Virus record (IMG/VR): IMGVR_UViG_3300029319_000033
Span: 1-63,974 of that record
Length of the DNA: 63,974 nt
Direction: 5' to 3' (one strand)
Origin: a virus
Lineage: Duplodnaviria > Caudoviricetes
In this document: positions 28,748 to 39,349 of the stretch, piece after piece
Numbering within the stretch: position 1 is the stretch's first letter
How the letters are laid out: each line of letters starts with the position of its first letter
Program-made: the position numbers and the translations under genes
Notes under the pieces: model-generated
Database searches by the model: none
Seen by the model: only the letters and a program-made list of their open reading frames with translations
Told to the model about the DNA's origin: nothing

Positions 28748-31165
28748 TTATTGATTAAAACCACCTAAATTAACATTATTACCAATCATATCTTGATCAA
28801 GTGATTCAAAATTTTTAGGTGGTTTATTTTTCTTTCTCTGATCAATTAATTCAGACTGTTGACTTGCTTGAATTTTAGTTCTTTCATCTTTACGATCTTC
28901 CTTTTGCTTTTCTCTAGAACTTAACCCAGCTGTTTCTAATTGTTTTAACTGTAAATCATATTGAAACTTTAATTGCATTAGTTCTTTTTTTGCAAATGTT
29001 TCTTGTTCCATTTTTTGAGCATCTAATTGAGCTCTTAATTGTTCAAGTTGAGCATTAATTTGAACAAGAGATTGTTGTTTTTGAACCTCCGCTTGTGCTG
29101 CAACTTGTTGTGCTTGAGCGTTTGCATTTGCTTGTGCTTGTATGTTTTGTTGTTGAGCGATTTGATCTCTTTCAAACTTTTTCCTTCTTTTAATTTTTAA
29201 AAGTTGATTAGCAAGTTTTACATTTTTTATTTGTCTCAAATCTATTGCATCTTCTAAATCTATGCCTTGTTGTGCAACTGCTGCTTGAATATTATTCTCA
29301 AGTCTTTGTTTTTCTTCTTCATCTGGTTCAATTTCTAAAAATATCCCAAAATCATGTAAATGTAAATTTTGCAATTCATCTAAAGTAGCGACATTATGTA
29401 CACCTATGCTTTGTATAAAAGCATCTCTTGTTGGTGAATATTCAAGCACATCCGATATTCTAAGAGATAAACATTCAGCAGTTTCTGTTGTTAAAAATAA
29501 TCCTGACTGTAATATATGTCTTGTAGCAGTATTTGAATTTGCTGCAGCTATTTTTTGCAATCCTACTAAAGCATTTTTGTCAGGAGTGCTACCATCTCTA
29601 GCTTCATTTAGCCCTGTTACATCTCTAATCATCTGCAAGTAATAATTATAATTACCTATTAGTGACTGCATTTTAGCTCCACCACTGCCACTTGCTATTT
29701 CTTGTATAGGCACCTTACCCGGATTCATATCTCCGTCAGATGTCATTGATCTACCTATTACACTACCAGTTTGAAAAAACATATTTAGTGCCTCTTGCGG
29801 ATTGTAATTGGTTCCATTACCAAGATCAATTTCAGCTATACCATCAGCATCAAGATAAACTCCATCAGGTATTAGTCTTGACATAACCTGTTGAATTTTA
29901 AGGTGAGTTAGTTGGATCATATCAGCAAACCCTGTAATTCTACCAACTAAAGACTCTACACGACCTCTATACATTCTTGGGGCAACAATAGCATAGTTCA
30001 TTTTAACCTTACTATTATCACTTTTAGGTCTCATCATATTAGTGGCTAACTGCCATTTCAATAACTTATCAGTGCCTAAAATCAAAACACCTTCATAAAG
30101 CACTTCAATAGATCTAGATATTTTTTCAAAATTAGAATCTAAAACTTCTACTGGAGGATCAAATGTGTCATCTTTAATTAATACTTTAGATGATCCTGTT
30201 GCTGTTGTTTTTATTTTATAAACTTCATTCATATATGTTTTGTAATTAAAATACAAAACATCTATTTGATTATTGTCAGTTTTATCGTAAGAAGACCTAT
30301 TATTAGGCATTGCGTAACTAGTTGGCTGTCTTTCTATTTCTTCTAAATCTTCTTGAGATAAATTTGGAAATTCTTTTTTTAATTCGTTTATAGGTATTGT
30401 TTTTATTTCTCCTACATAATAAATATCTTCAAAGTAAGGTGACTCAGTATAAGAATAAACTAAGTTAGCAGGATCTACATAATCTACTTTTATTCCTTCA
30501 GAATTATTAAATGTATTTTTAACACAACCTATGCCTAATACAGTAAGATCATAATAAAACCTTTTCTTTGTAAGTTCATATTTATTGGCTTCAAATAAAA
30601 CATTTATAGCTTGTTCTTCTGCTGTTTCTATAGCTTGTTTATATGTCAACTGCATGTGTAACTCAAGCTCTTCTTGAGAATCAGGTAATTTCTCTTCTGG
30701 AAAGTTAGCAATGTCAATACCAAAGGCTTGTTTTGTGAAAACATTTAGTTCTTTAGTTCTCATGTCATCTAGTAAACTTTCCATGTATTCAGTTCTTTTA
30801 CTAACCCCATAAGGATCTTGAGAAAAAGCCTTTACATCATAAGTTCTTTCAGCAATACCATTAACAACAATATCCACAAACTTTGGGATTATAGGTACAG
30901 GTCTCCAGTCTAAGTTAAGATAAGACAAATCACCATTAATTGATAATTCATCTTTATATTTTTGAACAGACTGCTCTCCTCTAGCATACAATCTTAGTCT
31001 GTGGTAATTATCAAAATTAGTTCTAAATCTTTGAGTACCATAATCTCCATAAAACCATTCACTTTCAATGGCTTTAGCTACTTTAAGACCATATTCTGAA
31101 CTTATTTTTTCAAGATCACTTGCTACTTGACTAGGAAAATAATTCTTAATATATGAATCAGCCAT
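28748..31165 (-). CDS. Portal protein, 805 aa
   Basis: Directly after TerL; LRLYARGEQ, LDWRPVPIIPKFVDIVVNG, IRDVTGLNEARDG, Q-rich C-terminal coiled coil typical of podovirus portals. Confidence 0.9.
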   Translation of the reverse strand: MADSYIKNYFPSQVASDLEKISSEYGLKVAKAIESEWFYGDYGTQRFRTNFDNYHRLRLYARGEQSVQKYKDELSINGDLSYLNLDWRPVPIIPKFVDIVVNGIAERTYDVKAFSQDPYGVSKRTEYMESLLDDMRTKELNVFTKQAFGIDIANFPEEKLPDSQEELELHMQLTYKQAIETAEEQAINVLFEANKYELTKKRFYYDLTVLGIGCVKNTFNNSEGIKVDYVDPANLVYSYTESPYFEDIYYVGEIKTIPINELKKEFPNLSQEDLEEIERQPTSYAMPNNRSSYDKTDNNQIDVLYFNYKTYMNEVYKIKTTATGSSKVLIKDDTFDPPVEVLDSNFEKISRSIEVLYEGVLILGTDKLLKWQLATNMMRPKSDNSKVKMNYAIVAPRMYRGRVESLVGRITGFADMIQLTHLKIQQVMSRLIPDGVYLDADGIAEIDLGNGTNYNPQEALNMFFQTGSVIGRSMTSDGDMNPGKVPIQEIASGSGGAKMQSLIGNYNYYLQMIRDVTGLNEARDGSTPDKNALVGLQKIAAANSNTATRHILQSGLFLTTETAECLSLRISDVLEYSPTRDAFIQSIGVHNVATLDELQNLHLHDFGIFLEIEPDEEEKQRLENNIQAAVAQQGIDLEDAIDLRQIKNVKLANQLLKIKRRKKFERDQIAQQQNIQAQANANAQAQQVAAQAEVQKQQSLVQINAQLEQLRAQLDAQKMEQETFAKKELMQLKFQYDLQLKQLETAGLSSREKQKEDRKDERTKIQASQQSELIDQRKKNKPPKNFESLDQDMIGNNVNLGGFNQ

Positions 31166-33380
31166 ATTCTTCTTTTATTATTTTAGATGACATGCCTATA
31201 TTTTTATATCTAGCAAATCCAATGTTTATTTTTTGTTTTTCTTTTTTTACAACAGGTGTATATAGATTTCTATTACAAGCCATTATAGCTAAACCACTAC
31301 TTATAGATGCATCAAATTTAGTTCTATTATTTATATCAAACTTAGACCAATCATTCAATGTTTTGTTAAAGAACATATCTCCATAACTACCATTTGGTGT
31401 TGCACCAACATAATTTTGTATGTACATTTCAATCGCTGCAGCATGTGCTTGTTTCATATCTTCACTAGAGTTTGGTATACCACCTATTTCTTTTTCAGTT
31501 ATAGATAATTTATTCCATATTCTATCCGGTCTATTCATGGAATAGCTTCTATACCCTCTTCTTTTTAAATAATAAAGAAGCCTTGGTTTATTGTTTTCTG
31601 CAAGTATAGGCATCCCATAAAAAACTAATGCCATTAATACATCTTCAAAAAATATTTCTGATGTTTGAGGTCTAGCAATATATTCTAAAAAAAACTTATT
31701 TGGTGGAGCATCCTCCATAGAAAATTTTGTTAATCCATGTAAAGCTCCTTTAGAACCTTGACCGTCAACAGTACCAGATATATCATAACTATCACATCCA
31801 AAAGCACCTATATGTTCGTTACCGGGTTTTTTACCGTTGTTAGTTTGTATTACTTTATTTTGCAAATGACTTTGTGGTATCCAACTAATATTAAATCTAC
31901 CTTTTGGATCTGGATAAAATATTACTTTAGAGTCTTTAATTCCATTAATCCACTGAAAATTACCTGTAGTTATGGAAGCATTATTTTCCATAACTTCATT
32001 ATAGTCTATTTGCTCGTATATTTTAGTTAAATTAAATATACTGTTTTTAGTTTCATCTCTAAAGGCATGTTCTTCTGTTCTAGGAAATTGTCTGTAAAAT
32101 TCATTTAATGCATCAGGATCATTTTTTAATCCATCAACTTCATTTTGCCAGTGTTCTAATATACCTATGTCTATGTAATCCCCATAAGGTCCTTTAACTT
32201 CTTTTTCAGGTGTATCAAATACTGGCTGACCGTATTCATCAATAAACCCTTCGTAATTCCATTCCATAGGAATAAAAAGGCTATAAAGCCCAGAACTAGT
32301 CTGCCCATTTCTATTTCTTTTGGTGACATCAGAATCTCTGTATAATTTTTTAAAATTACCACCACCTTTATCTGATGAGTTACATGTACTACCCATCATA
32401 CATTTACCTATAACTCTACTACCTAATCTTAAGGTTGTTTTTGTGACTCTCCAGTTGTGGAGGATGTTGTTTGGTTTCTCCCACTTTCCGGATTCATCAT
32501 GTACCAATAACTTGATTTTTTCTCCATCGTAGGAGTTATCTCCTGTATTTTTCCAGTCGATTGTGGTGTCCAAGCCCTGTAAATCCTCTGTCCTGTCGGT
32601 GCTCGTAATACTCCGTCTTGTAAGTTTTGATGCTGGAACTCTAAAAGCGAGTTCTGTTTTTGGTCTATCCATGCCGTCTTGTATTGGTTTGAAGAAGAAC
32701 GGATAGTTGACGGATATAGGCACCACTTTGTCGGTGAACATTTTCTTCGCATCGGGACCGGACTTGGACAGTATTCCGTACCTCGCATCACTGGATATGG
32801 TTGCAAGGTTGACAACTTCACCAGACGCCATGAATGAGAAGCCGGATCGTCTGTTCTTAAGATAACACATCCCGTAAGATCGAAAGTCGGCTTTACAGGC
32901 TTCCCAAAAGATGTAGAATAATCTATTGGCTTCACGATAATCTGGTTTTCCAACGTCAATTTTACTCCATTGCAAGTACATGTAATGAGTGCCAGTAATA
33001 TAAGTAGGAACACCCCTATTATAGTACCATAAACCCTCTTCTCTAATTTTGAACTCATTCTCTATGTATTCTATATATTTTTCTTTAAAATCATTAGAGT
33101 ATGTTTTCCAATCAAAGATTGTTTTTATTTTACTAAGTTCTTTAGGGTATTCAGTGTACTCCCATTTGTTACTTTTAAATTTAACAACATTACTTTGTTT
33201 AGGTAAGGCTATCTTAAGATTTTGTATCTCATATATATCCCCAATCTGACCGGTCTTACTAATTACAACAACATCGTGTTCTTTGTTATAACCATACTCC
33301 CATTTCTTAGACTTGTTAAGTCTTGATATTGTATTTAATTTAATTGGAGTTACAACCTTATATAAGGTTTGTTTATACAT
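31158..33380 (-). CDS. terL: Terminase large subunit, 740 aa
   Basis: ATPase motifs LKNRRSGFS and LLVHDESGKW; nuclease motifs GCDSYD, LAENNKP, KFDASISSGLA. Confidence 0.92.
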   Translation of the reverse strand: MYKQTLYKVVTPIKLNTISRLNKSKKWEYGYNKEHDVVVISKTGQIGDIYEIQNLKIALPKQSNVVKFKSNKWEYTEYPKELSKIKTIFDWKTYSNDFKEKYIEYIENEFKIREEGLWYYNRGVPTYITGTHYMYLQWSKIDVGKPDYREANRLFYIFWEACKADFRSYGMCYLKNRRSGFSFMASGEVVNLATISSDARYGILSKSGPDAKKMFTDKVVPISVNYPFFFKPIQDGMDRPKTELAFRVPASKLTRRSITSTDRTEDLQGLDTTIDWKNTGDNSYDGEKIKLLVHDESGKWEKPNNILHNWRVTKTTLRLGSRVIGKCMMGSTCNSSDKGGGNFKKLYRDSDVTKRNRNGQTSSGLYSLFIPMEWNYEGFIDEYGQPVFDTPEKEVKGPYGDYIDIGILEHWQNEVDGLKNDPDALNEFYRQFPRTEEHAFRDETKNSIFNLTKIYEQIDYNEVMENNASITTGNFQWINGIKDSKVIFYPDPKGRFNISWIPQSHLQNKVIQTNNGKKPGNEHIGAFGCDSYDISGTVDGQGSKGALHGLTKFSMEDAPPNKFFLEYIARPQTSEIFFEDVLMALVFYGMPILAENNKPRLLYYLKRRGYRSYSMNRPDRIWNKLSITEKEIGGIPNSSEDMKQAHAAAIEMYIQNYVGATPNGSYGDMFFNKTLNDWSKFDINNRTKFDASISSGLAIMACNRNLYTPVVKKEKQKINIGFARYKNIGMSSKIIKEEYG
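32429..33058 (-). CDS. Candidate overprinted (+1 frame) gene inside terL, 209 aa, possible lipoprotein
   Basis: 209 stop-free codons on the same strand; local shift of TerL to C-ending codons; N-terminus basic + hydrophobic + Cys. Confidence 0.35.
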   Translation of the reverse strand: MSSKLEKRVYGTIIGVFLLILLALITCTCNGVKLTLENQIIVKPIDYSTSFGKPVKPTFDLTGCVILRTDDPASHSWRLVKLSTLQPYPVMRGTEYCPSPVPMRRKCSPTKWCLYPSTIRSSSNQYKTAWIDQKQNSLLEFQHQNLQDGVLRAPTGQRIYRAWTPQSTGKIQEITPTMEKKSSYWYMMNPESGRNQTTSSTTGESQKQP

Positions 33381-33383
33381 ATA

Positions 33384-33776
33384 TTATCCTTTTGTAAAGA
33401 AAGCATATTCAGCAACTATTGTATTTGCAGAAGCCTCTAATTGTACCGCAACTGAACCACTATTTTGACCTATTGGAACAAACATAAATTCACCTGCACT
33501 TAATTCTCCAAAAGATTTTCCATTTTCTATTTCAACTTCTAATGTTGATGTTACTGCAGAATCACTTGCATCAACTCCGGTGTGCTTTAAATACAAATAT
33601 CTAATACTAGAATGTGATGCCAATATTATTGTTTCATTGCCTGTAGTTGTAGCTGCTACTTTACTTAATCCTATTATGGGATCTGTTACTGTTAAAGAAT
33701 CTGTTACAGATAAACTTAAAGCATCTGAAGTAATGTCTGTACTTGCTAATGTTAATGTTGCTGTTAATGTTGCCAT
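33384..33776 (-). CDS. Putative virion protein, 130 aa
   Basis: Thr/Ser-rich beta protein (YLYLKHTG..LSAGEFMFVP) between TerS and TerL. Confidence 0.5.
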   Translation of the reverse strand: MATLTATLTLASTDITSDALSLSVTDSLTVTDPIIGLSKVAATTTGNETIILASHSSIRYLYLKHTGVDASDSAVTSTLEVEIENGKSFGELSAGEFMFVPIGQNSGSVAVQLEASANTIVAEYAFFTKG

Positions 33777-33782
33777 ATTTTT

Positions 33783-34061
33783 TTATTTAGACTTTCTTTC
33801 TGCAAAACCACTAAATGATATACTTTGATTTGTATCAAGTGATATTTTATTTTCTAATATATTTTCTTCTTCTTCTATTCTATTGAGTATTTCAAACGCA
33901 TCAAAGATAGCAAGTTTTTTTGTTGCAGCAGCATTTTTTAATCTATCTGCCGATATATCATCATCAGAATCTACAATAGCTTCTTTTGCTACTTTAATTA
34001 ATTCCTCAACTGCTACTTGCCCAGCTTGGATTATATTCTTCTTCGTTTCCTTGATATTCAT
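33783..34061 (-). CDS. Terminase small subunit (probable), 92 aa
   Basis: Helical (ADRLKNAAATKKLAIFDAFEIL..GFAER); just upstream of terL. Confidence 0.55.
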   Translation of the reverse strand: MNIKETKKNIIQAGQVAVEELIKVAKEAIVDSDDDISADRLKNAAATKKLAIFDAFEILNRIEEEENILENKISLDTNQSISFSGFAERKSK

Positions 34062-34611
34062 ATTTAATTGTAATTTGACTAGTTAAAACTCTATATAGTC
34101 TTTCACCGTCAATAATAAATTCATAAGTGCTAACAGGTGTAAATCCAACTAAGTCACCTTCTTCTAACCCAAACTCATTAAGAGTTTTATTACTTTTTTT
34201 TAGAACACCTATACATTCTCTTTCTTTATCTAAAGAATATTTATCTATAGATTTTATTGGCTTTACAAAACAAAAACCATCTGTAGCTACCCACTTATTG
34301 TCTCTTTTGTATGAAAATATTTGATCTTCTTTTACACAATAAGTGTTTTCATTTATATAACTCCTACTATTTTTTTCTTTAGAATCAACATTATACCATC
34401 TTCTAAACACATTATGATGTACTATAATATTATCACCTACTTTTATTTTAGTATTAATTGCTATGGGTGTTGATTTAACTACAGCCTCCCTGCTAACATA
34501 CTGATGATTATATATTTCTGTATTAAGAATAAGATCTTTATCATCAACTTTTTTAGTATTATTATAACGAGATGACTTAGGTGATATTATAAAGTCATAT
34601 ATACTCCTCAT
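34006..34611 (-). CDS. Tandem GroES-like protein (two cpn10-like halves), 201 aa
   Basis: Half 1 FIISP..AVV..IKVGDNIIVHH..VKEDQI; half 2 CFVKP..GVL..LEEGDLVGF..YEFIIDGERLYRV..QI. Confidence 0.55.
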   Translation of the reverse strand: MRSIYDFIISPKSSRYNNTKKVDDKDLILNTEIYNHQYVSREAVVKSTPIAINTKIKVGDNIIVHHNVFRRWYNVDSKEKNSRSYINENTYCVKEDQIFSYKRDNKWVATDGFCFVKPIKSIDKYSLDKERECIGVLKKSNKTLNEFGLEEGDLVGFTPVSTYEFIIDGERLYRVLTSQITIKYEYQGNEEEYNPSWASSS

Positions 34612-34832
34612 TAATATTCTAGATTATACTCTACAGATATAGCCATGTTTTTGTTGAAGTTTTTCCAAATAATTACATCATTATTTTTTTTAATGTAAAT
34701 ATCAAAACCTTCATCTTCTTCAATTATATCACAAATCCTATGCCCTCCATAAACCTCTTGACCTACGGAGTAATGCATAGATTCATTTTTATAATCTTTA
34801 CCAACACTAATTTTACGTATTAGCTTACTCAC
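34611..34832 (-). CDS. Conserved hypothetical protein, 73 aa
   Basis: IRKISVGKDYKNESMHYSVGQEVYGGH; coupled to its neighbours. Confidence 0.6.
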   Translation of the reverse strand: MSKLIRKISVGKDYKNESMHYSVGQEVYGGHRICDIIEEDEGFDIYIKKNNDVIIWKNFNKNMAISVEYNLEY

Positions 34833-35227
34833 TTTTTTGCTTCTTCAAACTCGTAATCCTTACCTATTTCTCCCTCTCCTTCAAGCTCTTTAATTCCTTC
34901 TAGATTTGGTTTTTTGTTAAAGATTTCACCACCACCTTCAAATTCTGTTTTAACAGTTCTATCTTCTTTGTTTTCACCAGTAGCTAACTCACTTAATTCT
35001 TGTTTGGTTATAGTACCATCAACAATACTTATAGAAACTTTGCCATACTCTTTTTCTAATTCATCTTGAGTATTCTTTAAAGTTTTTTGTACCTCTGCTA
35101 CTTGGTGTAACAAAACATGCTTTTGTGTTTCAATATGACCAATTTGATTTTGACCATTTTGAATTTGTTTAACTAGTGTTTGTAATAACTCTAACTGTTC
35201 TTTTTTTATTTTTTCTACTTTACTCAT
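34829..35227 (-). CDS. Coiled-coil protein, 132 aa
   Basis: Heptad-rich, ELEKEYGKVSISIVDGTI; first gene after a late promoter motif. Confidence 0.6.
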   Translation of the reverse strand: MSKVEKIKKEQLELLQTLVKQIQNGQNQIGHIETQKHVLLHQVAEVQKTLKNTQDELEKEYGKVSISIVDGTITKQELSELATGENKEDRTVKTEFEGGGEIFNKKPNLEGIKELEGEGEIGKDYEFEEAKK

Positions 35228-35262
35228 TTTAAATTTAATTTAATTATACTTATTGATATTAC

Positions 35263-35288
35263 TATTACATATATAGTTATTTTTTTAA
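35263..35288 (-). promoter_or_regulatory. Putative late promoter TTAAAAAA-N12-GTAATA
   Basis: Same two-part spacing as 43011-43036 and 63754-63779. Confidence 0.55.
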
Positions 35289-35291
35289 CTT

Positions 35292-36812
35292 TTAAGTATG
35301 TGTACCATCACCGTCTGTAATTGTCCAACCTCTACTAACTAATGTTGCTCTAGCATTTTGACCTGCAGTATCTGTTAAACGAGCAATGTCAAAGTGTGCT
35401 GTTACATTACTTTGTGTTGATTGTGCCGCCCAACCTATAATTGTAGCTTTATAATTAGCGTCAGATAAAGAACCAGCACCATTAAACATATCTGTCATAT
35501 TTGTTACATTACTTATATCCCAACTAGCAAGGTTTTGATTAAAAACCATACCTAACTCTCCACCCTTAAACATATTACTCATGTTTGTAACACTACTTGT
35601 ATCCCAACCACTAATATCTTGATTAAAACTTTCAGCACCTTCAAACATACGATGCATATTAGTAACACTGCTTACATTCCAACTACTAATATTCTGATTA
35701 AAAGATTGTGCATTTTCAAACATTTCAGACATATCGGTAACACTACTGACATTCCAACTAGTAATGTTTCCATTAAAAGCAGTGGCTCCTTCAAACATTG
35801 CACTCATATTTGTAACGCTACTTACGTCCCAAGAATTTAGATCTTGATTAAAAGATGTAGCATTATTAAACATCGCTGTCATGTTTGTAACATTACCTGT
35901 ATTCCAAGAATTACAAGTTTGATTAAAAGAAGTAGCTCCTCTAAACATATTTACCATACTAGTAACATCTGCAGTATCCCAAGAATTAATACTTTGATTA
36001 AAAGATGTAGCATTCATGAATATTTGTAGGAAATTAGTGGCACTTCCTGTATTCCAACCACCTATATTTTGATTAAAAGCAGAAGCACTAGAAAACATAC
36101 TATTAAAATCTTGCACATTGCTAACATCCCAACTAGTAACATTACTATCATTAAAATTTGTTAGACCTTGAAAACAACTACTTAAATCTGTACACCTTGA
36201 AAGATCTGGTGTGTCGCTAGCACTTATATTTAAACTTGTACTTGCACCTTGTAATGTTAACTTTCTCCATTTTATATTACCCCAAGCAGATATATCAGTT
36301 ACATTAAAAGTAGTTAAACTCCATTCTGGAAATGATAGAACTGTATCTGCTATTATGGTAGCATTATAAGAGCTTGTTGATCCCCCTCCACTATTATCTA
36401 AATAAGTTTTGTTAAGTTGACCAGCATCAAGTGTAAAGGTAAGTATATTAATAAAAGTTGTAATACCATCACCCCAAGCAATAGCAGCACCGTATTCACT
36501 AGAAGTACCATTTAAAGTTATTCTTCCATTATAATTTTGACCTGCAGGGAACGTTGTAGTGAATGCAAAAGCTGTTGAGGCTACTGATGCTGGATATCCT
36601 CTGTATTGATTGGCGTTAGTTACATTACTTAAACTACCACTTAAATCTCCAGAGAAAGTTGTATCAAATAAAGAAACATTAGATGCAGCTATTAAATCGT
36701 TTAAATTATCAACACTAGCTACAGATCCACCACCTTCAGTTATAGCACCTTGTATTGTAGTGTTATCGCTATTACCAAACATACTAAAACTACCGCTAGT
36801 AGGTACACCCAT
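35292..36812 (-). CDS. BspA/DUF285-repeat surface protein, probably a virion adhesin, 506 aa
   Basis: About nine 25-aa FNQxIxSWDVSxVTNMxxMF repeats (~35480-36200); follows an S74 fibre gene. Confidence 0.85.
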   Translation of the reverse strand: MGVPTSGSFSMFGNSDNTTIQGAITEGGGSVASVDNLNDLIAASNVSLFDTTFSGDLSGSLSNVTNANQYRGYPASVASTAFAFTTTFPAGQNYNGRITLNGTSSEYGAAIAWGDGITTFINILTFTLDAGQLNKTYLDNSGGGSTSSYNATIIADTVLSFPEWSLTTFNVTDISAWGNIKWRKLTLQGASTSLNISASDTPDLSRCTDLSSCFQGLTNFNDSNVTSWDVSNVQDFNSMFSSASAFNQNIGGWNTGSATNFLQIFMNATSFNQSINSWDTADVTSMVNMFRGATSFNQTCNSWNTGNVTNMTAMFNNATSFNQDLNSWDVSSVTNMSAMFEGATAFNGNITSWNVSSVTDMSEMFENAQSFNQNISSWNVSSVTNMHRMFEGAESFNQDISGWDTSSVTNMSNMFKGGELGMVFNQNLASWDISNVTNMTDMFNGAGSLSDANYKATIIGWAAQSTQSNVTAHFDIARLTDTAGQNARATLVSRGWTITDGDGTHT

Positions 36813-36813
36813 A

Positions 36814-37356
36814 TTACTTAATTTTTTCCTCTATTGCTACTAATTTTTCTTCTAATTCAAGTATCGCTTTATGCATGTGAGCTAAGACGCTTCTATCACT
36901 CATAGACAGGTATCCATCATTATTTTCATATACTGCATGAGGTATTACTTCTTTAACTTCTTGAGCTATAAAACCTGATTCTTTTTCACCACCTTTAATA
37001 TAGCTGTAAGAAGAAAACTTTTTTATAACTTCAATACCTTCTTTAATGGGTTGTATTTCAGATTTTAATCTTTCATCTGAAGTTGTTACAAAGTTAGCGG
37101 CTGTTAAAGCTCCACTACTAGAATTAAAAGTTAAGTTAGTACCAGTTTTAGGTGCCAGAGTTCCTGTTGCTGAAGTAGAAAAAAGTGGGAAACAAGTTGT
37201 GTCACTGGATTCATCCACAACTGTATTAGCATATACAAACTCTCTTAAAGATTGTACGCTAAAATTCTTTGTAGTACCATCACTTGAATCTGTACCTACT
37301 AGTTTGTCAGAGTTATTGATAGTACCATCTAAATCAAAAGTTGATATTCTTGGCAT
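36814..37356 (-). CDS. Short fibre with peptidase S74 chaperone domain, 180 aa
   Basis: [24 protein letters not shown]. Confidence 0.8.
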   Translation of the reverse strand: MPRISTFDLDGTINNSDKLVGTDSSDGTTKNFSVQSLREFVYANTVVDESSDTTCFPLFSTSATGTLAPKTGTNLTFNSSSGALTAANFVTTSDERLKSEIQPIKEGIEVIKKFSSYSYIKGGEKESGFIAQEVKEVIPHAVYENNDGYLSMSDRSVLAHMHKAILELEEKLVAIEEKIK

Positions 37357-37362
37357 GAATTT

Positions 37363-37818
37363 TTATTTTTTAGAGCTTGTACCGTAGTAGTATGCAAATA
37401 TGTTAGATATAACAACACCTTCAACCATACCCATAAGATGTACAAACAAATCATTATCTGTGACAGTAGGTACATATACTACAGCATATATTATAAAAGC
37501 AAATGACAATAAACCAACTATGCCGGTTAATGTCATCATAAAATCTTTTTTACCAGTTTTAGCAACTTCTATCTCTCTATTTCTAGCAGAATCTCTGTCA
37601 GCAACTTCTATCTTATAAAGTTCTTTTTGATGTTGTTGCAACATCTTCTTGTCCTCTGGAGATATGTCTGGATCTGCATCAATCATCTTACTTACCATGC
37701 TAAGAACTCCAGCATCAGGTAAAAATTCACCAGCAACATTTAAAATCTTAGGTGCTATCTTTGATAGTAATCCACCTAATTTAGTATCTTTAAATTTTTT
37801 CTTTTTATCACCACTCAT
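37363..37818 (-). CDS. Holin-like membrane protein, 151 aa
   Basis: EVADRDSARNRE, two C-terminal transmembrane helices, AYYYGTS end. Confidence 0.6.
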   Translation of the reverse strand: MSGDKKKKFKDTKLGGLLSKIAPKILNVAGEFLPDAGVLSMVSKMIDADPDISPEDKKMLQQHQKELYKIEVADRDSARNREIEVAKTGKKDFMMTLTGIVGLLSFAFIIYAVVYVPTVTDNDLFVHLMGMVEGVVISNIFAYYYGTSSKK

Positions 37819-38168
37819 TATCTCCTCCTTTTACCATTTCTATATTTACGTCTAGTTTTTTCGTAAGCTTCTTTTTCCCAAGGCAAATCACTACTACCTT
37901 CTTTCATTTGACTTCTAGGATAGGTTTTACCTTTCCAGTACACATTTTTATCATCATAATCGAGATCACCTCTTTTCATTTGATTCATGTGAACTTTCTC
38001 ATGTTCAATTGCTTCTTCAGCTAACTTACTACCTTTTTTAACATCTTTATCCAAAAATATTGTCCCATCCCTGTTAGCTTCTGCCACTATATTTTTACCT
38101 AGGTTTTTATGAAAAATAGGTGTACCAGATTCGTTAAAACCCGGTAACCCTTTCATTTTAAATGCCAT
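37818..38168 (-). CDS. Small zincin-like metallopeptidase, 116 aa
   Basis: HEKVH with downstream PWEKEAY glutamate. Confidence 0.7.
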   Translation of the reverse strand: MAFKMKGLPGFNESGTPIFHKNLGKNIVAEANRDGTIFLDKDVKKGSKLAEEAIEHEKVHMNQMKRGDLDYDDKNVYWKGKTYPRSQMKEGSSDLPWEKEAYEKTRRKYRNGKRRR

Positions 38169-38170
38169 GT

Positions 38171-39331
38171 TTACTTTTTCTTTTTCATCATCTTCATTGA
38201 AGAATTTTTTTTCTTCATTAATGGCATAGGTGATTTTTTCTTCATTATTTTCATTGAAGAATCCTTTTTCATTAATTTTTTTGGTGAATCTTTTTTCATC
38301 AACATATTAGGTGATTTCTTTTTCATCATCTTCATACCACCTTTATGTATTTTTTTTGTTGGACTTTTTTTCATCATTTTACTTTTATTTTTAGTTTTTA
38401 TTAATTTTCCCGGACTCCCTCCACCTGCAAAGATTACATTATTATTATTTTCTTCTTTCTTCTTTTTTTCTTTTTCTTTTTCTCTTTCTCTTTTATTTAT
38501 AAAATCTTGTTTTTGTTTAGCACTAGTAAAAGATTTACCTGTTTCTGGATTAATTCCAAGTTTACTTACTTTTCCTCCTAATCCTTCTTCTTTAAGTGTT
38601 CTTTTAGCTGTTCTTGTTTGTTTTCTAATTTGAGCCTTTCTACCTCCTCTATCTATGGCTGCTGTAAGTCTATCTTGTATGGCATCTATAGGTAATCTTT
38701 TACCAGAAGTAGGTGAAGTCCTATCTTTTGTTGCATTTGTTTTTGGATCTTTAACTTCAGATGTGCTAACTGGTCTCGCAAGCACACCAAAATTTTTAGG
38801 TACATCTCTAGTAAGAGGATCTTTTTTTATAATCTCTTTTAATCCTTTACTTACTTCTATATTTTTTACTTTTGCTTCATTAAGTCTTCTGTTAAGACTT
38901 TCAAACTCCTCACTTCTTGATTTAGGCTTTTCATCAGTTTTTTTTGTTGATTTTTTTTCTGAATCTCTTAACGATGGTTGCAAAATTATTGTATTTTTTC
39001 TTCTTAATCTAAACTCTGCATCAGCTTTACGTCTTTCCTCTTGTTTTACCCTTGCATTTGCTGCTTGTTGTGGAGTTAAACCAAAAGTTATTTGTGCTTT
39101 TTCTATATCTTCTCTAGTTATTTCAGCGTCTTCTTCTGGTCCATTACTTTTAACTGGACTATTTTTTTTCAATTTATTAGGACTTTTGACTTTTGTTCCA
39201 TCAGGATTGATAACTCCTCTACCAATCAATACATCTTTTTGTGTAACCTTTCCATCCCCAGATAGGTCTTTTAGTTTCTTCATTGCAGAAGTAGACACTT
39301 TATTAAAGGGGCTCATCATTTTAAATGGCAT
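38171..39331 (-). CDS. Very basic protein with M/K/SP repeats, putative internal DNA-binding protein, 386 aa
   Basis: DLSGDGKVTQKD motif; C-terminal MMKKKSP-type repeats. Confidence 0.6.
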   Translation of the reverse strand: MPFKMMSPFNKVSTSAMKKLKDLSGDGKVTQKDVLIGRGVINPDGTKVKSPNKLKKNSPVKSNGPEEDAEITREDIEKAQITFGLTPQQAANARVKQEERRKADAEFRLRRKNTIILQPSLRDSEKKSTKKTDEKPKSRSEEFESLNRRLNEAKVKNIEVSKGLKEIIKKDPLTRDVPKNFGVLARPVSTSEVKDPKTNATKDRTSPTSGKRLPIDAIQDRLTAAIDRGGRKAQIRKQTRTAKRTLKEEGLGGKVSKLGINPETGKSFTSAKQKQDFINKREREKEKEKKKKEENNNNVIFAGGGSPGKLIKTKNKSKMMKKSPTKKIHKGGMKMMKKKSPNMLMKKDSPKKLMKKDSSMKIMKKKSPMPLMKKKNSSMKMMKKKK

Positions 39332-39349
39332 AATTTTTTTTGTTTAATT

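Noticed and set aside
35480-36200. Diversity-generating retroelement or CRISPR in the 75-bp repeats
   Set aside because: The repeats are protein-coding DUF285 units. I found no reverse transcriptase and no adenine-specific template/variable pair.
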